Shown piece after piece: positions 1 to 13,589 of a stretch of DNA of 64,000 nt. The notes under the pieces were generated by a model that saw only the letters and a list, made by a program, of their open reading frames with translations, was not told the DNA's origin and did not search any database. Origin of the DNA: Sphagnum compactum (Eukaryota). A program made the position numbers and the translations under genes. The first letter of the stretch is position 1. Each line of letters begins with the position of its first letter. Location: positions 18,218,213 through 18,282,212 of the forward strand of contig OZ234493.1 in assembly GCA_965153455.1 (NCBI GenBank), written 5' to 3'.

Positions 1-1252
1 CTTTTTGTTAGTTGCTTGTGGGAACATTGTTGAATCATCTACACAGAATGTGCCTTATAGAATGTGCCTTTTCATTCCTCTTTATTTGTTACTTGCAAAT
101 CTATTGTTGGATCATGTACACAAAATGTGCATTGTGTTTACGAAAATTAGTAGTTGTTTTCTAGTACAAATCTCTACACTTGAAAAAGCAGTGTGCTAGA
201 ACATTTGAATTAAAAGGATATTAATCAACCAAACTCCAAGAATTTTGAGCTTGAAGTAAGTTTAGGTTTGAAACTTTGAGTTGAAAACTTTGAGTTGATT
301 CTATTTTGGTGAGTAGAAAACCATGAAGTAATTACAACAATGTAATGCCCATTATAATTTCTTTCAATATGTTTTGTGAAATGTTTTACATTGCATTGTT
401 GTTGTAATTTTGCAAGTGTTTTGCTATACGTTTTATTCGACTATGCAGGTATAGGAGGACATTGACAACACAAGTTAATATATTTATGAAGATTTTGCTT
501 GGAATGTTGAATTAAGAATACACTAACATGGTATTAATGGTGTTCACTAGTTGTTAAAATGTTCTTATGTTACATGTTGGTAGTGAGAATCTAGTTGCAA
601 TGTTTCATTTAATGGTTTACAAGCAAGTCTCTAAGCATTGAAATTTGATTTAGAAATTTGTGAATCCATTTTGACATTTGTAGTGTTTCACATTGATGCA
701 GGCTTTTTGTAATCTACAATTCAATTGCAGAACACAATGTAAGAGTTTATAATCAACAAACAAAGACATGCAACTTTCCTATAATCAATCAATTATACAT
801 AAGAGGAAGTTTACTATGATCCTTGTCAAACAATTTCTTATTTTAAGGTTGTTTTCAATTTTGAATTTGAATATCTACTATTTTGTTTTGTTTTGTCTTA
901 ATGTATCATGAATAAGTTTTGTAAAGTAAATTTTTAGTAGTTTTTGTACATCAGGTAGTGCCCTTGTCCTCAAGCGTTACCAACACAAAATACACCTTTT
1001 GTATTTGTACTAGGAACCCAATGGTTGGGATAATAAATGAATTTTCAAAAGTTTTGGCAAATATCAATAAATTTTCTTCTTTATTTGGCTATACCTTTTT
1101 TTGATTTGTTTGGTGCCCCAACATCAAGTAGTAGGATACCCTGAGCTGCATAGTTGAAGACTAGGTACACACATAGTGGCCTTTGATGCCCTTCCAAAAC
1201 ATTGAACCAAAAACGGCCACCTTACCATGAACGGCCAATCTGTGAGGTGGCA

Positions 1253-1262
1253 GCCACGTGGC
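1253..1262 (+). promoter_or_regulatory. Palindromic G-box (GCCACGTGGC) upstream of the plastid-protein gene
   Basis: Perfect 10-bp palindrome about 100 bp upstream of the ATG at 1366. A telo-box-like TTTAGGGTTTAGGG follows at 1311-1324. Confidence 0.5.
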
Positions 1263-1365
1263 TTGGCCTCTCGACCACTCTTGGCAGGCGAGAACCGGAT
1301 CGGATGTGGGTTTAGGGTTTAGGGTAAACCCATCATCTCTTCTTACGCAGTGACATCACGCTGTG

Positions 1366-3453
1366 ATGGCCATGGCGATGGCGTTGCCTTTGCCCTCAGC
1401 TTCCTGTTTCCGGCATTGCAATTCTTTGGCTTTCATGCCTGGAGGCTCTACGTGTAGAAGTTTTTTCTTTGCGATTAACAGCGGTCGGAAGAATTGTGGG
1501 GAGTTTTTGGGGAATTCTAATCCACACTTGTTGCGGCTATGGCCACCCAGGAGAGGAGGAGCCAGGAGGAGGATGAGAGACGGCATGTCGTCGTCGAGAG
1601 CTTCGTCTATTGAAGGAGATGGCAAAGAAGGAGAGAAACGAGAGCTTCTGGCTTCTGTAAGCGTTTTCTTTATCATTGTTGTTGTTCTTCTGTGGTGAGC
1701 ATCACGTCTGGCCATGGCTTTATAGCTCTTTGTCCTTGTTGCAAGTGGCTGTGGGTTGTTGCGATGTTGCGGGTGTCTTCATTTCCTTTTGTGAAGATGC
1801 GGAGAATCTCATTGCAGCAGGTCTTGGTATGACCAGTAGCTTTTCTTGGCCGCTCTCTGCATGTTACAAAACTCTAAACCAACTGGAAATTGAGGGAGAT
1901 TGGGGCCACTGCACAGCTCCCTCAAACTTTCCTTCAACACTGTTTTCCTTGAGCACTTGCAATGGTTAAACATGAACTATTACGGGTGTAGAATGCTTTT
2001 GAAACACTGGATAACACCATGAATAGGCTGCCTAGGAGACAAGAAGGAGCATTTGTCTAAAAGCAACACTGATTTGAGAGTCCGATTCCCATTGTATTTC
2101 TTGGCAACTGCTTCTTCATTTCACATCATAAAGATGATGTTGCCTGAAAAGACTTAAAACAGATGTGCCATTCAGCAAGCATTTGCATGCAAGTTCACCA
2201 GTGGGGTTCAAACTCTGATGCTGATTGGTGTGACTGAGAGCCTTGGTCCTATGCTGTCAGCATGGGCCTCTATATGGTTGCAATGCCAAGGGTCTCGCTT
2301 GGTGACCCCATCCCAAGTACACTTTCCAGGCTGAGGTGCTTGAATTTAGAGTTCTTGTGGGATCTGATGGGTTCACCTCAGGTTCATAATTTAGGTACAT
2401 CCAGTTGTTGTTCACATTCATGTGACAGAAAGTCCAATAGCTTGGTGCATCTGCATGTACGATCAGTTGAGAATATTGTGTGGCAATGCGACAGAAGCCC
2501 AGGATGCAAATTTCATATAATTTTTTATCCAAAATTTCAGGCTTTTTTTTATATACTTAGATCCCATTAGGACACAAAACCAAATCTAACATCATAACAG
2601 ATAGGTTACTTAATAACAGTCACCTTAAATGTGTTATTGTGGAACTTTGTTTGCAATCTGATAGACATGAAATTGTCTACAAGGCATGCTCAGTACATTG
2701 ATATGCTTAGTACATTAGGTTGCACTGATAAAGTTTACTTCCTTGTAACCCTTATCATGTCTACCAGGCTCAACATGCCTTTTTGTTTGGTTTGCATTAG
2801 AGCAGATGACAAATATTCAGAAATTTCAAAGGACTATGAAGTGAAGGCATCCAAGATTGTGCAACTTCCTCTCTCAATCTTTCAATAAGCAGCTTTCTGG
2901 CCATTGTAGTGCAACACTTTTCCTTCTAATGAGTAGCAGGAAAGAACGTAATTTTCTACAGTCCGAGGTGCATATTTAGTTGTCTTGACACATGTTTATT
3001 TTGATTAAGTTTGGAAACATCTGTGTCAACTTTGCAGCATGTTCTTCCTCCTGTGTACTTGCTTTACTAAAAGTATGCATGTGGCTGACATCTTCTAATC
3101 TATTTGCTATGTTGTGGCTATTGTTATCATTGCAAAATTTGTTTATTGATCATCAATTGCAGATCAATGTCCTCCTTTTTACAAGCTTTGTAAGTGCATG
3201 TCTATGCATGACTGATGGCAATCTTCTTAGATAATTTGTCCTTTTCCTTGTGCAGGAAGACCTGCAGTACTTGGGGAAGCTTTTTGTTGGTTCTCTTGGG
3301 GGTGCATTTGTTATCAAATTTGGCAGCCTTGTTGTGCCCACTATCACAGTGCCGAACATCAATCAAGCGCTGGCTATGATTGTGATCCCAGTGGCAGTCA
3401 GCATAGTTTTGCTTGCTTTTGCAAGTGTATTTCACTTTGAGTCAAGCAAATAG
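1366..3453 (+). CDS. Small predicted chloroplast-targeted two-TM membrane protein of unknown function (2 exons)
   Basis: Exon 1 is 1366-1656: MAMAMALPLPSASCFRH..., an S/R-rich transit-peptide-like stretch ending ...ELLAS, with a GTAAGC donor at 1657. Exon 2 is 3256-3453, after TGCAG, phase 0: EDLQYLGKLFVGSLGGAFVIKFGSLVVPTITVPNINQALAMIVIPVAVSIVLLAFASVFHFESSK*, with two hydrophobic helices. Confidence 0.8.
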
Positions 3454-5158
3454 AACTACCCGAATATCTTTGGAGTGTGACAATTCTTGATTGCACTTGA
3501 GAGTATTTGCAATCCTTCATTTCTTTTTGTGTTGTATAATAATGTTTTGTGCAGATTGGTACTTTGTTGAGATGAGAATAAAGCTTAGATCATGCAATTG
3601 AGTCATCTCTTTGTGAGAGTCTAGTCTAGTATGGACCATGCTCAAGAGATGTTACTAAAGACTTCTGCCCCCACTTAGAAAAAATAAAATGGCTAGGGGC
3701 TAAAGCATAATGAATAAATCACACATTTCTTTAATTTGGGCAGGAGAATGGCTAATGGACCATACAAACTGATTTTGTTCCTCGCTATTGCATGTTAGAT
3801 ATTTGAACATGCACAAGAATATTGATTATTCAAGTTTAGACACTCATAATGTGACAATTTCAATTATATAACCAGATAGATCAACAATAACCAACATTCT
3901 AATTTTGGGACCCGACCATAAGATTGCTACTGAGATGTCTGTCTAGAATTTACAAAATCTAACTGTGGGACACACTGGACTACCATACACACAAGCACAG
4001 TGGGACACACTAGACCCACCATAATAAACACAAGCACAGAAATCGCCTCTATCAGAATGCTTTGATGGTGTGGAAGTTGATATAGACTAAAAACCTAAAT
4101 TTGCCTCACAAGTTCTCAAAAGCTACAGCTCTCTTGTTCACAATTTGTTTGTGATCAGATTCAGCACCATCCAAGCATGGTGATTGATACCATATCTGAG
4201 CTTGTGTTTTGTGGTGGTGCAAGTGTTTCCAATAGTTTGTCTTTGTAAATTCTAGGTGGACAGACAAACGTAGCAGCAATAGGAAGCTTCTGGTTGGGTG
4301 CAAGCATTCGATTTTTTGGTGATCTCTTGCCTGCTTTGAAATTCTGGATGGTGAATGCTCATCCTTTTGGTTATTTTCTCTTTGTCTTGTTTCTTGTGAT
4401 AGTCATCCTTCAAATGTGTGCAATAAACTGGGAACTCTGGCAAGGCTATTTCTAGGGTGATATTGCTTGATGTGTCTTCAATCTATCCATTTTGCTTGGC
4501 ATGTGTGATGCTTGTTTCTTGAGTTGAGATCTTTTTTATGTTTCCTTCAAGGACAAAAAGATTCCATGTGCTTGACTTCCCATTCAAGGGCATTTTTGAT
4601 GACGTTTCTTTTTGGTTTTCTCCTTGTTACTATCACATTCTTCACAGGGTTTGTTTGAAGAGGCTACCAACCTTATTAGGTGATGTATTGTTCCTAGCTT
4701 CTATGTCTTATGTGCATCAATGATCATTGTGATTTTTTTTTGTGTTCATTGCTATGTGGTTATTACTTGTGGGTGCAGTTGTTCAAACATTTCCCTAATG
4801 GCTTGGGTGGAGCTTGTTCATAAAACAATTTTTTGCCAATTGAGTGTTGGTGATGCAGGGTCAAGATGTGAAGGAGTAAGTTTAAGTGAATATTTTATTT
4901 AAGAAATGTTTGCTTGGAGAACAATGGAATGGTTGGATATATATCCATTTAAGCAAAATATGGAAACAACTTGAAATGTGGACATTAGAAAGACTTTTAA
5001 GCCATCAATCAAGCCATGAATTTTTTACAAATAGATACTATTTGCATCAACATACTAGAAGTGAATTTTTCATTTTAAAAAATCCACAAATCATTTGAGT
5101 CCCATTCTAAATGAAGTTCAACATACAGAACCAAAATTTCAATTTTGCAACTGAGGGA

Positions 5159-7994
5159 TCAAGGCCCTCTGAAAATGTCTCGACTTCCCAATGGTTGAAG
5201 TGGTCTCTGTTATGCAGTGAAGAGCATAATGCAAAATATTAAATTACGACTAGCTACACTCCCAACCTTTTTGACTTGGTTTCCTTCTTAGGAACTTATG
5301 TTGTAATGATAACTACTAGTTGTTAACAAACTGCTGAATTTTTTACAAAAGCGACGTTCATTATATCAATCAAGCTTGCTATTAGATCACAAATGCTACA
5401 TATGTGGTTTGAATGAAATTAACAAAACCAAGCAAAAACACAACATAAGATGGAGAGGAACTTTACCGAATTGAAGGCTAAGGTGTGCTCATCACCCACA
5501 TACTTCATGAATTCCATGATTTGGGATGTAGGCACTCTCAATGGCATCTCTGTGAATCCAAAGAATCAAATCACATGCTATCAAGATGAGTTTTGAGTTG
5601 AATACTTCATGGAAGAAATGACCCCAACAACTTGCAAGACCAAGTGAAAACTGCTAGAGCAATCTCCTGCATGTGTCCTTAGACTACCTCATTCTTGTGT
5701 ATCTCAGTTAATCATGCTTCAAGTGTCATGATTCACTCACCAAGGAGGAACCAGTCAACAGTTTCAGAGCATGGAGGTGTGGTGAGAGATCCCCTGTAAT
5801 GCATGTATCCCCTCCTGCCATCCTGCAGAGAAACAAGTAATTGCAAGAGAAGTCCAAGAATTTAGCATTATGTCTAGGTGATTGATACAGAAGAAAGCAG
5901 GAGAAGGTTACATTATACAGATGCAAACTGTAATGATGGAAGGAAAAAGGATAAGTGCAGATCAAAATCAGAACAGGTGATGAAAATCACGCTTTTTCTT
6001 CTCGGAGGTAGGAGAAATGCAGCAGAAAGCTGCACATTTGGCACAGTCCTGCAAGTGACAACTAGTTATATCAGGGCCTCTTCCAGATTTCAACCAAATT
6101 GCTTACATTCTTAGTTCAATTTCTGCAACACAATCACAAATTCCTCATGAAATGGCATCATTGCAAGCCATGATCGCTTGGACCTTTGCTACTGTATGCA
6201 CCAATTGACCAGATTGTACAATGATGCAGATCAACAAAGTACAGATTGTCATCAATGACTGAATTGGATGAGTGGTTAAACATTATAAGATGTGTGGCTG
6301 GCAATAAGTAGTCTGAAGGCATGTCTGTCCACAGCCTATTGAGTTCATTTCAAATTGGGTATTTTTGTTTGCAAATATGTACCAAATATGTACTTTCCAG
6401 AACAGGGATCTCAGTCATAGAAGTGGGGTTAGGAAGAGAGGGAAGAAGATCTCACAAAACTTTGCCGTGTTCCAAGGGTGAATATCGGAGTGCTGCTGCT
6501 AGTGCCTTATTTGGAAATGCATCACGTGTATCAAGCAGCATAATTCTGCAACATAAACTGAGATGTTCCATCTTTAGAAACGGTTCAAGAAATGTGTCAT
6601 TCTAGAAAGCAGCATCTTCCACGAGAAATATTGCATTTCATCGATTACTAATCTATTCTCATCACAATTTAGGTGATTAACAGTTCTTCTACTACTACTG
6701 CGATTCTTGTCAGTCGCAACATTACTATCCTTATGCTCAAAAGATTTGCCATGTTGGTATAACCTAAACTGAGGTCAACCTTAGGGTGGAGGACATACAG
6801 TTTCTTACCTGTTTGGCAGATTGAAAGAAAGAATGTGAGGTGTGCTTACCCCACGATTGCAAGAGATCTGCTGGATAAATCATCTGCATCAGTGGAAGCT
6901 TAGAGATGGTTATTGGATGTTCCACATCGCAAGGAATAGAAGATAATTTCCTCTCTGGTTTGCCTTATTTCCCAGTGATAATTTAGCCAGCTGAATTCAA
7001 TATGAATCTTTACAAATGGTAGGTTGAGCGAATGTCTGCAAATAGGAATAGTCAGAGTAGGGAAGGTGCCCTACAGTGTACCAAGTGTGCCTCCATGGGG
7101 TACCGTAGGCCATCAAAAGCATGCTCTGAAGGAGTATGAAAGTGGAACTGCACAAGCTCCAGCTCCCTCCTATTGATATACAGCCTATTCTCCCTCTTTG
7201 AGAAGTTCACCTGCCACACTCAAGATAACTGAGTTCAACCTCTTGCAGTCATGACACTGCCTCTTGAATCTTCTCAAACCATCACCTAAGAATGGCATGC
7301 AAAATGTGACAAAGACCTCATGGTGACTCCTATCTATTACCTTTCAAGAAGTTTTCCATGCTGTTTGTACTTCCACCAAATGATATCAAAGAATCTGAGC
7401 ACCACAACAAATGCAACTCCACAACCAGCTGAACTGCTTCTAGGTGCTAAGAATCATACAAATGAACATCTACATAGATGAATAAGAGCAGATAACAAGA
7501 ATAATAGTTACCTGCATGGTGCCATGACCAGTGTTCTGAAAAGTGGGAGAGCTAGATTTATACTTGAATACAATCTCTCCAAGAGCTTCCCCTCCTCTCA
7601 CTTTGTTGACTGCAATGTCAACAGGTGACTGTTGGATGCCAGTTGCACACATTCCTGCCCATTCTGTAGGTCCACTTGGACCTCCATAGCTCCATTCTTC
7701 AGCTATAGCCTCTCGACAGCATTGACATGCAAGTCCAAATGCCACTGCAGTATTCAATACCAGTTCTCGACGCTGAACATGTTTTGGATCTTCAATCTGT
7801 CCAACTTTAGTCATCTGCTCCATTTGCCTTGGGACCTCTGTTGTATAAAAACTTGATAAACAACCATGTTTCTTCAATGGATCTCTCTCTTCACTATCCA
7901 GGTCTTCAGGAGAACTGTTGGAAAACCCTTGGGACTTCTCAACACTTCTTTTCAGAGTGGTCATCTTTTGTAACTGTGTCAAAGTTCTACCAAT
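5159..7994 (-). CDS. CAH3: Alpha-carbonic anhydrase, CAH3-type, with twin-arginine thylakoid-lumen signal (5' end unresolved)
   Basis: Exons join in frame through GT-AG introns: ~7994-7512, 7210-7075, 6883-6850, 6545-6456, 6048-5991, 5822-5741, 5549-5467, 5206-5159. Motifs are [52 protein letters not shown] (three Zn-ligand His), [16 protein letters not shown] and [11 protein letters not shown]. They are preceded by [25 protein letters not shown]. Further exon-like blocks up to ~9900 could not be joined into one ORF with certainty. Confidence 0.9.
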
Positions 7995-8955
7995 CTGTGG
8001 TAGTAGGACAGCTCTAACTCCAAGTATATTTCTGGCATCCCAATGCACACCGCATGGTTCTCAAGTTTAGTTCATTGTTGGTAATTCCCATTATTTGTAG
8101 ATAACTGTGAGAATTATAGCTCAGGAGTTTGGGTTGTGCTTCATCCAGAAAGAGACCTGCACAAATCCTGACAGTTGCCATATGGTTGGATTGTAAAAGT
8201 ATATTGTTGCATGAGAGTATTGAAGAGAACTATGACAGCTGACGCACCTTGAATGCAAGACAGGTCTGGAACTGTTCGTATTTATCAAACTTGACTTCCT
8301 TGGAGAAAAGCTGCAGCAAAAACCAGCAACAAATTAGGTCATTGCATCTCCTCTCAACAACTGAGAGATATGTAGCCAAAGGAGCATCATTGTCTTGTGG
8401 CTTCAAATTCCTTAGAAATTGTTCATACCGTCCTACTGCTCACAATCTTCAGTTTTCAACACTGACTCCATTGTCTTCTGTGATTGAATTTCTAGTAAAA
8501 TGCAAGGGCTGAGATCCAACAGGTCTGATAGATTCAGATTTCTGGAGTGATCCTACTGCTGCCTGTAGAGCATTCTTTTGAAAGCAGAGTTTATCATTTC
8601 TGTGATTTCAACACTACACACTTACCCTGACTGCACTTTTCTGGCATTTATTCTTCCAGATGCACAGCAAAACCCTTGAACAAAATTATACCCACCAAAT
8701 TCCATTCCAATTCCACATGAGATACTAGCAACTGAATTTTTTTGAAAATGGTTGACTTCATGCTTCACAGTTCTCCAACAGTTGCCATTTCCTCGAGAGA
8801 AATCCAAAAGGAAATAACACAGGGGCAATCTGCTTCATGCTCAAACTGCTCAATAGATGCATGTAACTTCAGCTATAGTGGAACATGTTGAAAACATGCA
8901 TGTCTTTGTTGATGCCATCAGTCAGCAGTAACCAATTCTTCTTACAGAGGAGAAA

Positions 8956-9362
8956 ACACACCTGCTACAAGCAAACCTCCAGGATTGCATGTTGCACAGT
9001 TGGGGGTGCATTGAGATGATGCTGGTGCATGTCATTGTGTTTACCTTCAAGTTTGTCTGATACCACTTTACCTGCAAACCATCATGTTCCATGTCTGTCA
9101 ATCACTTTTGCATGCTTAGGGATTCTCTTTCTAACATTGCAAGTGAGAGAGATCTCACACACCTGCTACAAGCAAACCTCCAGGATCACATGTTGCACAG
9201 TTGGGGGTAGATTGACATGATGCTGGTGCCAGCCATTCTGTAAACCTTCAAGGGCGTCTGATACCTCTTATACCTGCAATCCCTCATCTCCATGTCTGTC
9301 AATCCCGTTTGCATGCTTAGGGATTCTCTTTCTGACATTGAATGTAAGCAAGAGAGATATTC
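8956..9362. repeat. ~200-bp diverged tandem duplication in the 5' region of the CA gene
   Basis: ACACACCTGCTACAAGCAAACCTCCAGGAT...CATGCTTAGGGATTCTCTTTCT occurs at ~8956-9156 and again at ~9157-9362. Confidence 0.85.
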
Positions 9363-10747
9363 ATGATTGTTTGTATTTCCTACCATCAGAAGCATGTTTC
9401 TGCTTCTTGTATACTCCTCTTCTCTTCCCGCAGTGTAGTGCTTCGGATCTGCGACTTCCTTTTCTGCACAGCAAATATAGCGTCATTCCATCATCGTTCG
9501 GCATTGTCCTCACCTAATGCTTTCCTCATACATCGGCGGATTCTGCAGCCTCGATTTTCTTCTCCAACGTCATTTCTTGGAGCTTATCGTAACTTTCCTC
9601 TTCCTCCCTCGCAGCAGATTCTCAACAATGTCGACCTGAAAAGTCGACATAATAAACCAGATACACATCGATATCTGCGCATCCATGGCTTGATTTTCCG
9701 CGACATCTTCTCGAGGTTCACCATATCAAACTGTCGAACTGCCAATGCACGATTTCTCTGAATTCTTTGCAGCAAAAAGGATTGGAGTTGCGAAGAATAC
9801 CTATGTGTCTTCTGTTGGTTCGCCCAGTTCCCGTTGTTCGATACTGTAATCTCTCGCGGTTTTCTCCTCGAGCGAAAAATCGGAAGGAACAACGTCGTCT
9901 CCCACAGGATCGTCTGTGCGTCAATAGTTCAATGGAAACCGAGGACATTTTGTTCACAGCGCGCATAAGGGGCGGTACCTGGCATCGTAAAATTCACATT
10001 GAGGAAGAAACTGTTGGAAATTGATAGCGGATCAATTAGAGAATAAAGATGAATAAAACACATATTTTCAACGCCCTCTCCACCCAACTTCAAGATCACA
10101 TGAGTTGTTACAGCTTTACTATCCACTCTCAACTTAGTTATACAAATTTTATAATCCACCCTCAAGCTATAACCTAATCCTAATAGGAGGTGAGGCATGA
10201 TTCTTTTGATACTTGTTTCAGGAAAGGCAATGCTTAGATGAAGCACAGAACAGGACACGGTTCAAAAATGTTGTAGTGAGAGAAGGAAGCCAGCAGAATG
10301 CGGTGTCAAAGTTCTCAATTTGCGCAACAAAGTGGTTGTTAACTGGCAAAATCTGCAACAGTGTTGATAAAACAGGCTTGCTTGCAATATCAACAATGCC
10401 TTAGAGTGCCCACAAGATAGAGAATAGGTAAGAGTGCAAAAGCCTCAAAGAAAGCTCGGAATTTTTTTGGAAAAGCTAGTACAATTATGAATACCATTTT
10501 TAGGCATTTTATGAATACCATTTTTAGAAACTCCTGCCAGTTTGCTGCTTCATAGCCTCTTCACCAAATAGAAAAGCCCAGCAAGCAGACAACATTGAAC
10601 TGGTTGAGGGCTTATACTCTTGCCAGTAAGTGGGATTGGTGTTGCACTGCACTCTGTATGATTCATTCAGTATGGATTTGACAAAACACAGTTGCAACAT
10701 GGATTGAAGGACAAAGTCATGGTACTACTACTCCCTGAGGATGAGGA

Positions 10748-13589
10748 TTAGCTAGGAGTAATAATATGAAGATCAATGCCCTCATCAAAACCTCTTGAGT
10801 CTATCAGCACATTGGAGTCTATTTGCTTGTCATGCTTTCTCTTCCGCCTTCCTTCAAATCCTTCAAAACCCTCCATCTGATAGTTTGTAGCAGTACCCAA
10901 CACACTCCAGATTTTCAGAAAGAGAGAAGAATAGCCTGGAAGAAGGAAAGAACGAACAAGCTAGAAAGGGCTTCACAAAATGACAAGACCCCCACCATGA
11001 AAATCACCCTGGAAAATCAAGAAGACAAGAAGTTGTTGCCCTTATATGACAAGCACAGTTCTGGTGTTTACCTGGTACAGACGATCAGCATCAATCAAGG
11101 TACCATGTAATGACAGGCTTTGCAATGCCTTGCAATCTCTTAGCAGGAGCGGTGGCAGCTGAATTCCAACAACAACAAACCCTCCCCCCCAACACTAAAT
11201 TAGCACTACAATTTGAAGCATACTGAGTTGTCCTTTGCTCTTATACAACAAATGAAGTACCACTGAAAGATCATACATGTGGAATTACCTGTGAGAATAC
11301 ATCAAATGCAGAACTCATCTGTTGCCAATTTCTATGTTAGTATCAAATGTGGGTCCTGTTCCCTCTGGAATCCAAAGTCACATGCAGTGTTTGTTGTAAT
11401 ACCTGTTGAAGTTTCGGATTGTTGTTCAGAACCAGCGTCTTTAAGTTGCCTAGACTACCAAATGATGATGGTAGCTCCTGTAGCATATTATCTGCAAGCA
11501 TCCACAAGAGAAAGATGTTCATCAGCTGATAATTGCTATAACAACAAATGGAGACTGGAGGGTGCAGAATCTATGAATTATGACAGGTGAATATGACTTC
11601 ACAGTCACAGTCATGCAGACTCAGATGATGTATAATCTGAGTTAGAAAAGTAAGATGAGAAAATATACCATTTGCAACAAGTTCTTCCAAAGAGAAACAA
11701 CTCCCAAGTGATCCAGGAAGTGCTTCAAGCTTGTTTTCACTTACATCCAACCGCACCAGCTGCATCCCCCTTTAAAATAGATGTCACAACTTGCAAATGA
11801 TGACTGCAAATACTTTCTTGAGCTGTCAGTATCACTTGTATAAAGACAGACAATCACCTTCAGCAATGAGTGACTTACACTGCGAATGCTGCCCAAGGAG
11901 GTTGGCAGGGACTTCAAAGTGTTGCGAGATACTGACATCCGCTCAAGCCGCACTAGAAGCCCAACTGCACAGATGTTCATACAACCCTTGTCAGACACCT
12001 GCATCTCAAAGATAGTGCAATATCAAAAGAACAACTCAGCCAATGAGTCACACCAAATGACAACTAGACAAAAGCACTCTTGAACCAAAAACTCATGACA
12101 CTATTCTGTACGCACAGGACAACAGCAGCGTACAATACAGAGCTCAACAACAACTGCTACACTATTTCAAGTGCCTTCCCAGTTTCACAGAGCTGGAATT
12201 CTTAGCAGGATTTACTTAGAGAAACTTCTTCTTTCAGTCAAGAATTTTCAATGACAGTATCAGTGAGAGGTTTTTGGAGATAGTTACCCTCATCTGGCAG
12301 TATGCTAAGTTGGTTGGAATCAAGAATAAGCACTTTAAGTGAGCGAAGCCTGCCCAATGTTGAAGGAAGCCTTTGCAACGAGTTCTCCGCCAGCATCTTT
12401 CAAGATAGACATCCAGAGTCAGAAACTAAATCTTCATGTCGCTGGAGGCGTTGAAAGTGAAGGGAATTCCTCACCAGTCTCTGGAGGTTGACGAAGTTCT
12501 CAATCTCTGGAGGAAGCTCTACTGCACAGGGGGAAAGAAGCCACAAATTCAGTTCATCCCTTTTTCACATATATAACCAGTTTCAAAAACTGAATGTCAT
12601 GAAGTACTTTGAGAATACGCACAAGAAACCTAGTGTGGCTGCAGTTATTCCATCAGATTTGATGCAGCACATCTAATCTAGAAACAAAGTGATGAACAAA
12701 TGATCCTTCAGAAGCAAGAGGGGCTGCTGAGCATATTCTACACTAGAACATGACCAGCCTGATATCACAAAAACACTTCACCATTGAATATCTCTCCCCT
12801 GGATTCAGATCACAAATATGGAACCATACAAGGTATAAGAAATTCTGCAGAGTCTGATGAAATAAATAGAATTCAGTGTACTGTGATCTGATTGTACTGA
12901 GGAGACAATGAAAATAAAGTATAAACTCAACAGCAGCTCCCTGCATTGGAGAACCAGGGCCAAAGAAAAAAGAACTTAGTGTCTGATCTTCCAGTCTCCA
13001 AAACTCGCTTCTTCCTTCGAGTGATCAACTCACAAATTGCTGGCCATGATAAGAGGCAGAAAACAAACCCAATCGGTTGTGAGTGGCATCCAAGGTACGG
13101 ATTGAAACTGCCAATTTTACAACCTCCGCTGGTAGCTCCTGCAATGATGACATCCCTCCCCTTGCACATCATCAACGCTAACATCCAGAAAAGATGCACT
13201 ACTGTTCAGGGAACCCCAGCTTCTCACGAAACAAGACGGCCAAGAGGTGACTTGACCTGAGAGATCGCTTGAAAATCCAACAAGTGCCAATTAGGGGAAG
13301 CCAGAAAAGCTCCGGCGCTTATCGGCAGAAGTTGGAGAGACAGTCTCCCTCAAACTGAAAACCCTGGTCTATCCCGCTAGGTTGAATATCAACAAGTGCA
13401 ACAATATAACCGCACAAAACCTGCACTTGCCAAACACAAAGCTACTAGCAGCTTGATGCTAAAGAGCGGAAAGAATGACAAATCTACCTTGAGATTGGAG
13501 TCCCGCAGGCCAACGATCCCGGTATTCCTCCATCTGGAATCCCGCTCCGCTTTGCTGAGACCACCAGGCTTACCCTGACAGCATCCCAT
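10748..13589 (-). CDS. Intracellular leucine-rich-repeat protein (LRRC57/PIRL-like) with N-terminal MGCC acylation motif
   Basis: Nine exons join in frame: 13589-13488, 13138-13069, 12521-12475, 12396-12288, 11964-11879, 11759-11669, 11491-11403, 11158-11072, 10876-10748. The N-terminus is MGCCQGK...RWRNTGIVGLRDSNLK. Repeated LxxLxLxxNxLxxLP units follow, and the C-terminus is MEGFEGFEGRRKRKHDKQIDSNV...GFDEGIDL. Confidence 0.92.
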
